Source of the DNA: Escherichia phage CLB_P1
Reading direction: 5' to 3' (one strand)
Sequence record: KC109329.1
DNA length: 40,218 nt
Shown: in pieces, positions 27,119 to 36,804 of the stretch
Layout: each line of letters opens with the position of its first letter
How positions within the stretch are numbered: the stretch's first letter is position 1
The notes under the pieces: model-generated
The model's database searches: none
Told to the model about the DNA's origin: nothing
What the model saw: the letters and a program-made list of their open reading frames with translations, nothing else
Program-made: the position numbers and the translations under genes

Positions 27119-29401
27119 ATGGCTAGTAATATTGAATCAGCTCTGGCTAATCGGACTATGGGTCGTGGCAGAGCGCCGGGTAAAACTATCGCCGTCAACT
27201 ATCAAGCAGCCAGCGTTCAGGCTCAGACTGGTGACTCCGGTCTGGCTCGTGCGTTAACCAACTTCGTTGAGTCTGGGACTGGATTGTACAAGCAGTTCAA
27301 GGACGAGGAGAAGACACGGGCCGACGAGCGGTCTAACGAGATTATCCGTAAGCTGACACCTCAGCAAAGACGTGAGGCTATCCAGAACGGCACACTGCTG
27401 TATCAGGACGACCCTTACGCTATGGAAGCACTTCGAGTCAAGACAGGTCGTAACGCTGCCTTTGCAGTGGATGACGAGATTAACGTTAAGATTCAGAACG
27501 GTGAGTTCCGTACACGTCAGGAAATGGAAGAGTATCGCCACCAGCGACTTCAGGACGCCGCTAAGTCCTATGCTGAAGAGGCGGGTATTAACCCTACCGA
27601 TGAGTTCTTCCAGCGCGGGTTCAACGATAACATCACAGACCGCAACATCGCTATCTATGGGTCTTTCAATAAGTATTTCAGCAAGCAGTCTGAAGAGACA
27701 GCAATGTTGAACACTCGTATTGAGATGAACTCGTTCCTTAACGATGGGGACCTGATGCGTTCGCCTGAGTCTGGAAAGACCTTCATGGCCTACCTTCGGG
27801 ATGGGCTGACGACTGCTGCTATCCCTTCGGACCAGCGAGCACGAGAGGTCATCACCCAGACTGTCCGTGACGCAATCCAGAAGTCAGGAGGCTCAAACTT
27901 CCTACAGCAAGTCCGTGGCGAGCGTATCACCCTTAACGGCATTGATGCTACCATCGAAGAGATTGTAGGCCCTGACGTCTTCAATGCTGCTGTGGTTGAG
28001 GCTCAAGGTACTGAGTACAAGCTGGTGGCTAAGTATCAGGAAGACTTATCGTTAGGCGTTCAGTCTGCGATTCTTCAGGACGACCCAACCATCGGTCTGG
28101 CCCAGATTCAGAAACTCAAGGAGCAGAACAACCTGCTTCAACCGGGTGAAGAACTCACTCCCCAGCGTCAGATGCTCATTAACGCCGAAGCCACCTTACT
28201 AGAAGCGGTAAAACGTAAGTCTGCTGAACAGGCGAAGGAGAACACTAAGTTAATCCAGACCCAGAACAAGCAACTGGTCATTGACCAAGTGTATCAGCGA
28301 CGTCTGGCTGGGGACAACGTGTCCACCAACTATGAGGACCTTCCGGTCTCAGATGCTACAGGAGAGTTCAAGCGTTCGGACATGAACAACTATGCGTCTG
28401 CCAAGCTACAGCAGATTGACCAGATGGACATCCCTGAGGCCGCTAAAGACGCTCAGAAGGTGGCATTGTTAAGAGCTGACACTAACAACGGTCCTTTCCG
28501 TAATGCCTTCCAGACGCTGACTCAGGACGCTGCTGGTGAGTGGCAAGCTGCGGTCATCCGTGGGCAGTACGACCCAGACAAGATGCAACGCTTCGAATCT
28601 CTTCGTCGTGCCTACACTCAGGACCCTTCAAGTTTCGCTGCTCTGTATCCTGACCAAGCTCAGTTGTTCTCTACGTTCGACCAGATGGACAAGATGGGTC
28701 TGGACCCTCAGACGATGATTGAAGCTGATAAGCAAGCTGCAAGTCAAAGCCGTGAGATGCGAATGGAGTCAGACAAGGCGTGGCAGGAGTTGAAGAATGA
28801 CTCCAAGAACACCCAGTTGTCTCGCCTACCAACGTCTCTGGACGCAAGTGCTCGTAAGGTCTGGGACTCATGGTACTATCGTACAGGTAACGCTGACGCT
28901 GCAACGCAGCAGACTCAACGCTGGCTGAATGAGAACACCGTAACGTTCCAGTCTGAAGGTTCTGACGGTAAGTCAATCGGCATGGTGTCCAAGCACCAGC
29001 TTATGGTCGGGGATAACCCAGAGTCGTGGCAGGTGGGTCGAGACATTATCGACACAGCTCGTCAGCAACTCATTAAGGCCAACCCTTGGGTAGTGAACTC
29101 TCAGTTGTCCGTTGTTGAACAGAACGGCTCTATCTTCCTCCAAGACGCTACAGGTACTATTCGCATTCGCTACGATAAAGAACTTGTAGGTAAACTCTAC
29201 CGCGAACAACAGCAGAAGGCACAAGATGCCGCATATGCTCAGGCAGAACGTGACGCTAACAAGCGAGCGCGTATCGTCGGGACTAAAGCTGCTGGTGACA
29301 AACGTCGAGCTGACCGAGAGGCCAACATCGAGAAGCGCGGTGGGATGTACAATGACGTCTCACTGGAGGGTATCGCAAACGTACTAATCGGTAAGGAGTA
29401 A
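27119..29401 (+). CDS. Internal virion protein C (T7 gene 15 homolog)
   Basis: 760 aa, RBS AGAGGAGG; position and size match T7 gp15. Confidence 0.88.
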   Translation: MASNIESALANRTMGRGRAPGKTIAVNYQAASVQAQTGDSGLARALTNFVESGTGLYKQFKDEEKTRADERSNEIIRKLTPQQRREAIQNGTLLYQDDPYAMEALRVKTGRNAAFAVDDEINVKIQNGEFRTRQEMEEYRHQRLQDAAKSYAEEAGINPTDEFFQRGFNDNITDRNIAIYGSFNKYFSKQSEETAMLNTRIEMNSFLNDGDLMRSPESGKTFMAYLRDGLTTAAIPSDQRAREVITQTVRDAIQKSGGSNFLQQVRGERITLNGIDATIEEIVGPDVFNAAVVEAQGTEYKLVAKYQEDLSLGVQSAILQDDPTIGLAQIQKLKEQNNLLQPGEELTPQRQMLINAEATLLEAVKRKSAEQAKENTKLIQTQNKQLVIDQVYQRRLAGDNVSTNYEDLPVSDATGEFKRSDMNNYASAKLQQIDQMDIPEAAKDAQKVALLRADTNNGPFRNAFQTLTQDAAGEWQAAVIRGQYDPDKMQRFESLRRAYTQDPSSFAALYPDQAQLFSTFDQMDKMGLDPQTMIEADKQAASQSREMRMESDKAWQELKNDSKNTQLSRLPTSLDASARKVWDSWYYRTGNADAATQQTQRWLNENTVTFQSEGSDGKSIGMVSKHQLMVGDNPESWQVGRDIIDTARQQLIKANPWVVNSQLSVVEQNGSIFLQDATGTIRIRYDKELVGKLYREQQQKAQDAAYAQAERDANKRARIVGTKAAGDKRRADREANIEKRGGMYNDVSLEGIANVLIGKE

Positions 29402-29405
29402 CATA

Positions 29406-32400
29406 ATGGCGACTCGTGGTATTCGCAATAACAATCCGGGTAACATCCGGGTAAGTAAGGACCAATGGGAAGGAATGACTGGAGATGATGGCGCATTCGT
29501 CACCTTCGATAGTCCAGAGTCTGGCGTCCGAGCTTTAGGTAAAAACCTGCTGTCCTACGGTCGCCAAGGTTATGATTCCATCGAGAAGATTATCAACAGA
29601 TGGGCACCTCCTAACGAGAACGACACTAAGGCTTATATTGACTCAGTGGTGGCTGCAACTGGTATTCCAGCTACACAGAGTCTCGACCTATCGGACCCTG
29701 ACACCCTGTCTTCTCTGGCACAAGCTATCAGCTTCCATGAGACAGGCTCACGGTACGACCCTGAAGTCTATCAGAAGGGAGTCGCACGGGCACTCAACGG
29801 CATTAGCCCAAAGACTCCACCAGTAAGCGCTAACGTATTTGACGCACTCACGGAAGGATTAAAGTCGAAACCTAAAGTATCTCTGGGTGAGAACCTTCCG
29901 ACCGCTGCTGGTTTGAACATTGAGGGTCAAGCACCTGAAGCTCCCAACGAATCGTTCGGTGAGATGTTCTATAAGGCTACTGGAGAGACCATGCAGGAGC
30001 GAGAGGAGCGCTCTACGTGGTTCGGTTTTGGTTCTGCTACAGAAGCTGAAGTGAAGAACTCTATGGTAGGCGTGGCTATCCGCGCTGGTCAGACTGAGGA
30101 CTCACTGGATGTCATTGGCGACGTGTTCAACCCGACCCGATGGAACAACCACAAGTGGTCCCGCGAGGAGTTAGACCAGATTCGTAACGCTGGGGTCCTG
30201 CCTCAGTATTACGGGGTTATCACTGGCGGCTCCCCTCAGAACCTGACCGAGCTGATTAACTTGGCGCTGGAGAACCAGAAGTTAGACGCTGAGAAGTCTA
30301 AGGCCGGGACTGGCGCTCAACTGGCTGCTGGTGTAATTGGTGCTGGTGTGGACCCTCTAACCTACGTTCCTATCGCTGGACAGGTAGGCAAAGGTGGTAA
30401 GCTCGTCAACAAGATGTTCACCGTGGCTGCTCAATCTGGCGCTCTGGCTGGTGCCTCTGAGTTGGCTCGCACCTCAGTTGCTGGTGGTGATGCTTATGTG
30501 GCTGAGGCTATTATGGGTGGCGCTCTCTTCGGTGGCGGGATGACTGCTATCGGCGATGCTATCGGCAAGGCCCTCGGTAAGTCTACCAATGAGTTCGCTG
30601 GCCCAGCTACACGTCTGGAAGCCCGCGAGACCGCTCGTAACGTTGATGGGCAGGACCTGTCTCGCCTACCTATTCAGGAAGGTGAGCAGACCTTTAGTCA
30701 CCAAGGCGTTAAGTTCGCTGACGTGCCGAATGAGCCGGGAAGTGTACGACTGGAAGATGGCTCAATCCTGATTGGTGAGAACCCTCTGAACCCTAAGACA
30801 CGTCAAGTCTTTGACGAAGTGATTGAGCCGGAACGTGCCGCTGCTGGTGTGAACCTTGGTGGACTTACCGAGATTGGCCTGAAGCTGCTTCGGTCTGAGA
30901 ACCCTGAGATTCGTGGAGTAGCTGCTGACTTAGTGCGTTCACCGACTGGTATGCAGTCTGGGGCCTCAGGTAAAATCGGGACCACTGCGTCTGACGTATT
31001 CGAGAGACTTCGTGCTGTAGACCATCGGTTCTACAACGACATCGACGATGCGGTTACTGAGGCGCTCAAAGACCCATACTTCCAGACAGCATTCTGGCGA
31101 GACTCTGGAGCATTCCGTCAGGACATCTACCAGCGCGTGTCTATGGCTATCGAAGATGGTAGCGGAAACCTGAAGTCTGAACTGACTCCGGGAGAACTGA
31201 AAGTCTATGACCTACTGAAGAACCAGTTTGACGCCAAGCGTGAGATGATGGAGAACCCAGCTATGTTTGGTCGGCCAGACGCTCAGTCTATCTTTCCGGG
31301 TAGCCGCTTCAAGGGAACCTACGTCCCTCATGTGTATAGCAAACAGATGAAGGAGCTGTACATCAAGGAGCTTGGGAGTCCAGAGGCACTACAGGAGGCC
31401 ATCAAGAAGTCATGGCTTACCAGCTATGCGTCTCGACCTGAAGTCAAGAAACGCGTGGACGAGGCACTCTTAGAGGCTGACCCTACGTTGACTCCAGAGG
31501 GACTTGCTGCTGCGGTCGATAAGTACGCCAATGATAAGGCTTACGGTATCTCTCACACCGAGCAGTTCGAACGCTCCTCCGTAATGGAAGAGAACATCAA
31601 CGGTCTTGTGGGTCTGGAGAACAACAGCTTCCTTGAGGCTCGTAACCTGTTTGATAGCGATATGTCAATCGTTCTGCCGAACGGTCAGACCTTCAGTGTC
31701 AACAATCTGCGTGAGTGGGACATGGATAAGATTGTCCCTGCTTATAACCGTCGAGTTAATGGTGACATTGCTATCATGGCTGGTACAGGGAAGACTACGA
31801 AGGAAATGAAGGATTTAGTTGAGACCATGATGAACAAGGCTGGGGATGACGGTAAGTTGAAAGGTGAGGTATCGACCTTACGTGACACCTTGAAGATTCT
31901 CACTGGTCGTGCTCGACGTGATGGGGCTGATGATGCAGCCTTCGCTACAGTGATGCGCACAATGACAGACCTATCGTTCTTCGCTAAGAATGCCTACATG
32001 GGTGTTCAGAACTTAACGGAGATTGGTGGTATGCTGGCCCGTGGTAACGTTCGTGCGCTGCTGCATGGAGTCCCTATTTTCCGTGACCTAGCCTTCCGTA
32101 ACAAGAAGGTAGGGGCCTCAGAGATTAAGGACCTGCACAATGTTATCTTCGGTAAGGAACTTGATGACTCAATCCGTCCGTCTAAACAGGATGTCATCGA
32201 CCGACTACGAGCTTACAGCGCCTTGAGTAAACCTACGGCTACGGCTTTAGGCTCTGCCAAGTATTACACTGGTGAACTTGCCGTACGCTCTCCGTTCACT
32301 AAAGTCCTCAACGGTACGACCAACTACCTGTTAGATGCTGGACGTCAAGGCTTCCTGTCTGACATCGTGGAGCATAGCCTGACTGGTAGTAAGCGTAAGT

Positions 32401-33293
32401 TCGATGACCGATGGCTGAAGACCGCTGGTATCTCTGACGAGCAGTGGAATGGAATTAAGTCCCTAATCCGTGAGTCAGTGACTCGTGGTCCAGACGGGAA
32501 GTATACCATCAAGGATAAGAAGGCGTTCAGTCAGGACCCAAGGGCTATGGACCTGTGGCGTATGGGCGACACCATCGCTGACGAAACGTTACTCCGTCCT
32601 CATAAGCTGAGCAACATGGACGCCAAGGCTTATGGTCCTCTGGCTAAGACTGTCCTTCAGTTTAAGAACTTCGTCATCAAGTCCATCAATGGGCGTACCA
32701 TGCGAACCTTCTATAACGCCACGAAGAACAACCGAGCGATGGATGCTGCTCTGTCCACTGTGATGTCTATGGGTCTTGCTGGTATCTACTACATGGCTCA
32801 GGCACACATCAAGGCTTACGCTATGCAGGATGGTCGTGACCGTGAGTACCTGAAGCAGGCCCTGAACCCTACGATGATTGGCTATGCCGCTCTGTCCCGT
32901 AGCTCCCACTTGGGTGGACCACTTGGGGTCGCTAACATTCTTGGTGGTATCGCTGGGTATGAGGACACTAAGATGCTCCGTTCATCTATCCTGCCCCGTT
33001 CGCCTACAGAGAAGCCTGAACGTGCCATCGCGTATGGTGCAGCTACAAGTGACCCTGTGATGAATGTTGTTGGTAACTTCTTGGAGCAGGTTCCAGCTTT
33101 CGGATATGCTGCTAACGTTGGCGCTTCGGCTTACAACTTGGCTGGCTACCTCAAGGCTGATACTCGTGTCAACGAGCGTGACTACATGACCGGGATGTAT
33201 AATACGTTCCGTGAACTGGTTCCGAACGACCCAATTACCCAGAAGCTGTTGCTTGGAACGTTTGAGGAGCAAGGTATCCACATCAAGGACTAA
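29406..33293 (+). CDS. Internal virion protein D (T7 gene 16 homolog) with a non-canonical N-terminal ~195-aa domain
   Basis: From about residue 200 aligns with T7 gp16 (STWFGFG..EAE, PTRWN.H.W..EEL, GVDPL.YVP, RLEARETARN, SPTGMQSGASGK, YGISH..QF, GLVG.ENNSFLEARNLFDSD, GNVRAL, RSPFTK.LNGTTNYLLDA); the N-terminus lacks the lytic-transglycosylase motif recalled for T7. Confidence 0.9.
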   Translation: MATRGIRNNNPGNIRVSKDQWEGMTGDDGAFVTFDSPESGVRALGKNLLSYGRQGYDSIEKIINRWAPPNENDTKAYIDSVVAATGIPATQSLDLSDPDTLSSLAQAISFHETGSRYDPEVYQKGVARALNGISPKTPPVSANVFDALTEGLKSKPKVSLGENLPTAAGLNIEGQAPEAPNESFGEMFYKATGETMQEREERSTWFGFGSATEAEVKNSMVGVAIRAGQTEDSLDVIGDVFNPTRWNNHKWSREELDQIRNAGVLPQYYGVITGGSPQNLTELINLALENQKLDAEKSKAGTGAQLAAGVIGAGVDPLTYVPIAGQVGKGGKLVNKMFTVAAQSGALAGASELARTSVAGGDAYVAEAIMGGALFGGGMTAIGDAIGKALGKSTNEFAGPATRLEARETARNVDGQDLSRLPIQEGEQTFSHQGVKFADVPNEPGSVRLEDGSILIGENPLNPKTRQVFDEVIEPERAAAGVNLGGLTEIGLKLLRSENPEIRGVAADLVRSPTGMQSGASGKIGTTASDVFERLRAVDHRFYNDIDDAVTEALKDPYFQTAFWRDSGAFRQDIYQRVSMAIEDGSGNLKSELTPGELKVYDLLKNQFDAKREMMENPAMFGRPDAQSIFPGSRFKGTYVPHVYSKQMKELYIKELGSPEALQEAIKKSWLTSYASRPEVKKRVDEALLEADPTLTPEGLAAAVDKYANDKAYGISHTEQFERSSVMEENINGLVGLENNSFLEARNLFDSDMSIVLPNGQTFSVNNLREWDMDKIVPAYNRRVNGDIAIMAGTGKTTKEMKDLVETMMNKAGDDGKLKGEVSTLRDTLKILTGRARRDGADDAAFATVMRTMTDLSFFAKNAYMGVQNLTEIGGMLARGNVRALLHGVPIFRDLAFRNKKVGASEIKDLHNVIFGKELDDSIRPSKQDVIDRLRAYSALSKPTATALGSAKYYTGELAVRSPFTKVLNGTTNYLLDAGRQGFLSDIVEHSLTGSKRKFDDRWLKTAGISDEQWNGIKSLIRESVTRGPDGKYTIKDKKAFSQDPRAMDLWRMGDTIADETLLRPHKLSNMDAKAYGPLAKTVLQFKNFVIKSINGRTMRTFYNATKNNRAMDAALSTVMSMGLAGIYYMAQAHIKAYAMQDGRDREYLKQALNPTMIGYAALSRSSHLGGPLGVANILGGIAGYEDTKMLRSSILPRSPTEKPERAIAYGAATSDPVMNVVGNFLEQVPAFGYAANVGASAYNLAGYLKADTRVNERDYMTGMYNTFRELVPNDPITQKLLLGTFEEQGIHIKD

Positions 33294-33311
33294 ACTATCA
33301 CTATAGGAAAC
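33289..33311 (+). promoter_or_regulatory. Phage RNAP promoter (ACTAAACTATCACTATA/GGAAAC)
   Basis: Consensus core; phi17 position upstream of the tail fiber gene. Confidence 0.65.
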
Positions 33312-33357
33312 GGGAGGCGCTACCATAGGTCTCCATTTAAATCACAAAGGAGGCATA

Positions 33358-34335
33358 ATGTCCACGATTACACAATTCCCTTCAGGAAACACTCAGTACA
33401 GGATTGAGTTCGACTACCTAGCCAGAACGTTTGTTGTTGTTACGCTGGTGAATAGCTCTAACCCTACCCTTAACCGTGTACTGGAAGTTGGTCGAGATTA
33501 CCGATTCCTTAATCCAACGATGATTGAGATGTTGGTTGACCAATCAGGTTTCGACATCGTTCGTATTCACCGTCAGACTGGAACTGACTTAGTGGTAGAC
33601 TTCAGGAATGGCTCAGTGTTGACAGCTAGCGACCTGACCAATGCAGAGCTTCAGGCTATCCATATTGCAGAAGAAGGTCGAGACCAAACGGTTGACTTAG
33701 CGAAGGAATATGCCGATGCTGCTGGTGACTCTGCTGGCAACGCTAAGGATAGCGAGGACGAAGCACGACGAATCGCTGAGAGTATCAAGGCAGCTGGTCG
33801 AATTGGCTATATTACCCGTCGCTCCTTCGAGAAAGGCTTCAACGTTACAACATGGAACGAGGTCCTGTTATGGGAAGAGGATGGTGAGTATTACCGCTGG
33901 GATGGTACGCTTCCAAAGAACGTTCCTGCTGGTTCAACTCCTAACACCGCTGGGGGCATTGGTTTAGGTGCGTGGGTTGGCGTTGGTGATGCATCATTGC
34001 GCAGCAATTTATCAGAAAATGATGGCGCCTTGATAGTAGGTGGAGCTATTCTTGAATGCCAAACGGTAGCACAGGCGCAAGAGATATCTGGTTTAACGGA
34101 AGGTCGAAAGGTAAGAACATACTATTATAATGTCCCAGTTGTAACAGATTGGGTGTTCACCCCCACCGCGCCGTCCGGTGGGGTTTTCTACATTCCCGCT
34201 GTCGGTGGTTACTTGATATTAATGACGCCTAACTTCGCTTCCGCTGGCATTATTGAAGGTGAATATGTTCCGCTAAACGCCGCACATAACCGTAATGTAA
34301 TTCAAAAAACTGGTAAGAGACACAAGATTCAGTAA
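33358..34335 (+). CDS. Tail fiber protein, conserved N-terminal tail-attachment domain with divergent, shorter C-terminal part (325 aa)
   Basis: N-terminal ~150 aa align with T7 gp17 (F.YLAR.FVVVTL, DYRF, LVDF..GS.L.A.DL, H.AEE.RD); remainder unlike T7 and lower GC from about 34000. Confidence 0.85.
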   Translation: MSTITQFPSGNTQYRIEFDYLARTFVVVTLVNSSNPTLNRVLEVGRDYRFLNPTMIEMLVDQSGFDIVRIHRQTGTDLVVDFRNGSVLTASDLTNAELQAIHIAEEGRDQTVDLAKEYADAAGDSAGNAKDSEDEARRIAESIKAAGRIGYITRRSFEKGFNVTTWNEVLLWEEDGEYYRWDGTLPKNVPAGSTPNTAGGIGLGAWVGVGDASLRSNLSENDGALIVGGAILECQTVAQAQEISGLTEGRKVRTYYYNVPVVTDWVFTPTAPSGGVFYIPAVGGYLILMTPNFASAGIIEGEYVPLNAAHNRNVIQKTGKRHKIQ

Positions 34336-34337
34336 AT

Positions 34338-35636
34338 TTGAATATGGAGCAACAGGTTACTTTTTATGTTCTCGGCTCTATTCATCCATTACGAGATAAT
34401 ATAGAAATACACCACGAAGCTGGGGTTACAGTTATGGGGCGTTACGATGACCCCACGGTAGGTCCAGAAATTATGGGGTTAAACTCCGGCGGTATGTGGT
34501 CCTTTGCACACTTTCTCAACCCTGATGCAACGGTTTGGGATGACAATAACTACACAATTACAGCTGTTATGAAAAATGTTACCTACGTTCTTAACGGAAA
34601 GATAGGTACAGAATATAACTCCATTCATTCTAAACCGCACAACAACAACCCTATTGGTTTCTTTACTTGTGAAAACTGTAGCGTTGTCGGCTCTGGCGGG
34701 GTTATTGGGTCTGACCACCGAGGCATTAACGTAGATGGTGCAGGGGATAATTGCCGTATAGATATCGGGTACGCTACAGGAACCAGCAACAACCCGATTC
34801 AAATGAAAATAAACGCTGAACGCTACGCTTTTGTTAAAGTTGGTGCGGTCTATGGGGTTAAGTTTGATGGCGGTCAAACAAAGGCTGTGGTGTGGTGCGG
34901 CGGTGGGCGTGTTGATGTAGAAGTCGGTAACTACAGGTGGGATGGGGTGAATAAACCAATCCTCGCTTACGGCAACGGTTGCCAGGAAATAACTTTAAAG
35001 GCTGGCATAATATCCGGCGTTTCGCAATTAATACGTCAGTACAATACCCCTGTAGCTAGAGTTCTGTCAGCATGGGTTAATAATACAGACTCTCTCATAA
35101 ACAAAGCAGAAGATTCTGACAAGGAAGGTGTGACCAAGATTTCTGAGATTCGAGGTGTGAACGCCGTCGACACGGTACTAACTAGCGCATTCTATGATGA
35201 AACGAAATTAGCGAATCAAGATGTTGTTACTATAACCGGAAACGATTTCAGAAACGCTGGACCATCATTCCTTTACTTTAAAGGTAAAACAGCTGGTGGT
35301 GCTATTAGGTTGTGGAACGTTAATAACAACCTCGACCCTGTAGGTCTTGCGGACCTTTCAGACTGGAATATTTTGCTGGGGCAAAGTGTCGTTACTACAG
35401 TTTCAGCAACTTCTTTCACGTACACTATGTCCCGTAGATATGAAAATATCACAATTGCCGTAACGGAATCCGCCACCCTACGGTATGTTACGGTTAGCTT
35501 ACGAGCGCACCTGTCGTCGTCAACTACGGCGTCATACATAGTCGGCGGCACGTCTATGACTGTCTCGAGGTCCGGCGATATTTTTACTTTTACGGTTAAC
35601 TCCGGAACTATAAATTTTTACGTATTACATAACTAA
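34338..35636 (+). CDS. Putative separate tailspike / receptor-binding protein (432 aa) in a low-GC module
   Basis: Long ORF directly after the short tail fiber gene; Gly/Asn/Val/Thr-rich; visibly AT-richer than the genome; own terminator. Start may be the ATG at 34344. Confidence 0.55.
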   Translation: MNMEQQVTFYVLGSIHPLRDNIEIHHEAGVTVMGRYDDPTVGPEIMGLNSGGMWSFAHFLNPDATVWDDNNYTITAVMKNVTYVLNGKIGTEYNSIHSKPHNNNPIGFFTCENCSVVGSGGVIGSDHRGINVDGAGDNCRIDIGYATGTSNNPIQMKINAERYAFVKVGAVYGVKFDGGQTKAVVWCGGGRVDVEVGNYRWDGVNKPILAYGNGCQEITLKAGIISGVSQLIRQYNTPVARVLSAWVNNTDSLINKAEDSDKEGVTKISEIRGVNAVDTVLTSAFYDETKLANQDVVTITGNDFRNAGPSFLYFKGKTAGGAIRLWNVNNNLDPVGLADLSDWNILLGQSVVTTVSATSFTYTMSRRYENITIAVTESATLRYVTVSLRAHLSSSTTASYIVGGTSMTVSRSGDIFTFTVNSGTINFYVLHN

Positions 35637-35643
35637 AAAACAA

Positions 35644-35674
35644 AACCCCGCTTCGGTGGGGTTAGTTTATCATC
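35644..35674 (+). terminator. Intrinsic terminator closing the tail fiber/tailspike module
   Basis: ACCCCGC-TTCG-GTGGGGT stem-loop (UUCG tetraloop) followed by a U-rich tract. Confidence 0.6.
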
Positions 35675-35786
35675 AGAAGGGGGTATTGAATCATCGAAGG
35701 TTGTGGAGGTAGAGGCTAACTACACGCTGACCAACGTATGGTAACAACTTTGGGTCACGGACGACCCGCTTTAAACTGGAGGTTTT

Positions 35787-35981
35787 ATGATTGAGTTAGA
35801 CTTCAAGAATGAGGTCCTTAAAGCCTCTCCTATCGTCGGGACCGCTGCGGCTGATGGTGCCAGTCGGTTCTTCTTCGGACTTACACTGAACGAATGGTTC
35901 TACGTTGCAGCTATCGCGTACACCGTTGTCCAGATTGGTGTGCTAGTCTACAAAACGATTAAAGGAGGAGGTAAAACATGA
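35787..35981 (+). CDS. Class II holin (T7 gene 17.5 homolog)
   Basis: LDF.NE..KA.PIVGT...D...R.FFGL.LNEWFYVAAIAYTVVQIG as in T7 gp17.5. Confidence 0.85.
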   Translation: MIELDFKNEVLKASPIVGTAAADGASRFFFGLTLNEWFYVAAIAYTVVQIGVLVYKTIKGGGKT

Positions 35982-36241
35982 CGCAGATGGACTTAGAGAA
36001 GTTCCTCTTAATGCTAGATACTGAACGTGCTCGACTCATGCTGCAAGACCTGCGGGATGACTCTAAGCGTTCACCTCAGCTTTACAACGCCATTGAGAAG
36101 CTACTGGCTCGTCACAACTTCGTGCTAAGCAAGGTGTCTGTTGACGAGAAGACGCTCGCTGATATGGAGGCCCTGAACGCAGAGTACGATAAGGTGCTCT
36201 CCGCTACGGAAGATAATGACACTGGGTATGGAGTGCAATAA
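35978..36241 (+). CDS. Terminase small subunit (T7 gene 18 homolog)
   Basis: F..MLDT, RSPQLYNAI.KLL.RH.F as in T7 gp18. Confidence 0.85.
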   Translation: MTQMDLEKFLLMLDTERARLMLQDLRDDSKRSPQLYNAIEKLLARHNFVLSKVSVDEKTLADMEALNAEYDKVLSATEDNDTGYGVQ

Positions 36242-36253
36242 ATCTCTTAAGTG

Positions 36254-36298
36254 TTAGACTCAAGGTCATTACTGTATGTAGTGGCCTTTATGGTTAAC
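36254..36298 (+). promoter_or_regulatory. Conserved stem-loop, candidate RNase III processing site (R18.5-like)
   Basis: AGACTCAAGGTCAT-loop-GTGGCCTTTATGGTTA; third copy of the motif. Confidence 0.4.
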
Positions 36299-36351
36299 AC
36301 TAACTAGTGGAGGAGACTCTACGTGAAATCTGATAAACCGGGAGGGCACCT

Positions 36352-36804
36352 ATGCTCGAATTTCTAAAGAGAGCGGCTCCGTGGTTACTCGCAGCAGTGA
36401 TGTTTGCTGGGGGCTACCACACCGCTAACAATAAGTGGGAGGCTAAGGTCAATGCAGAATACACCTCGAATCTTAAGGCATCGGAGGATACAAGGCTTGC
36501 TGTCCAAGCTGAAGTCAACAAAGTGTCCAAACGGTTTCAGGACGAAATGTCCTCGCTGGAAGGCAGCACTGATAGGATTATTGCTGACCTTCAGTCTGAC
36601 AATAAGCGGTTGCGCATCCGAGTCAAACCTACGAGTGGAACCACGCAAAGTGACGGTCGATGCGTCATTGATGGTTACGCCGAACTTGACGAACGAGATG
36701 CTAAACGTCTTATCGCCATCGGACTGAAAGGGGACTCTTGGATTAAAGCACTACAGGATACTATTCGAAAACTTCAACAAGACAAGGAGAAAGACAATGG
36801 GTAA
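36352..36804 (+). CDS. Rz-like i-spanin (T7 gene 18.5 homolog)
   Basis: MLEFL, EGSTDRII.DL.SDNKRLR.RVK, DGRAELD.RDAKR, GD.WI.ALQDTIR.LQ as in T7 gp18.5. Confidence 0.88.
   Translation: MLEFLKRAAPWLLAAVMFAGGYHTANNKWEAKVNAEYTSNLKASEDTRLAVQAEVNKVSKRFQDEMSSLEGSTDRIIADLQSDNKRLRIRVKPTSGTTQSDGRCVIDGYAELDERDAKRLIAIGLKGDSWIKALQDTIRKLQQDKEKDNG
36452..36727 (+). CDS. Rz1-like o-spanin lipoprotein embedded in the +1 frame of the Rz-like gene (gene 18.7 homolog)
   Basis: PRWK.ALIGL.L....TISGCASES (lipobox ISGC) and SLMV.PNLT.EMLNV as in T7 gp18.7; start ATG at 36452 inferred. Confidence 0.65.
   Translation: MQNTPRILRHRRIQGLLSKLKSTKCPNGFRTKCPRWKAALIGLLLTFSLTISGCASESNLRVEPRKVTVDASLMVTPNLTNEMLNVLSPSD

Noticed and set aside
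35700-35786. Possible vestigial 3' end of an ancestral tail fiber gene downstream of the module terminator (...EVEANYTLTNVW*)
   Set aside because: Only ~13 codons are open and no alignment could be made from memory; it is mentioned only as weak support for the module-swap idea.
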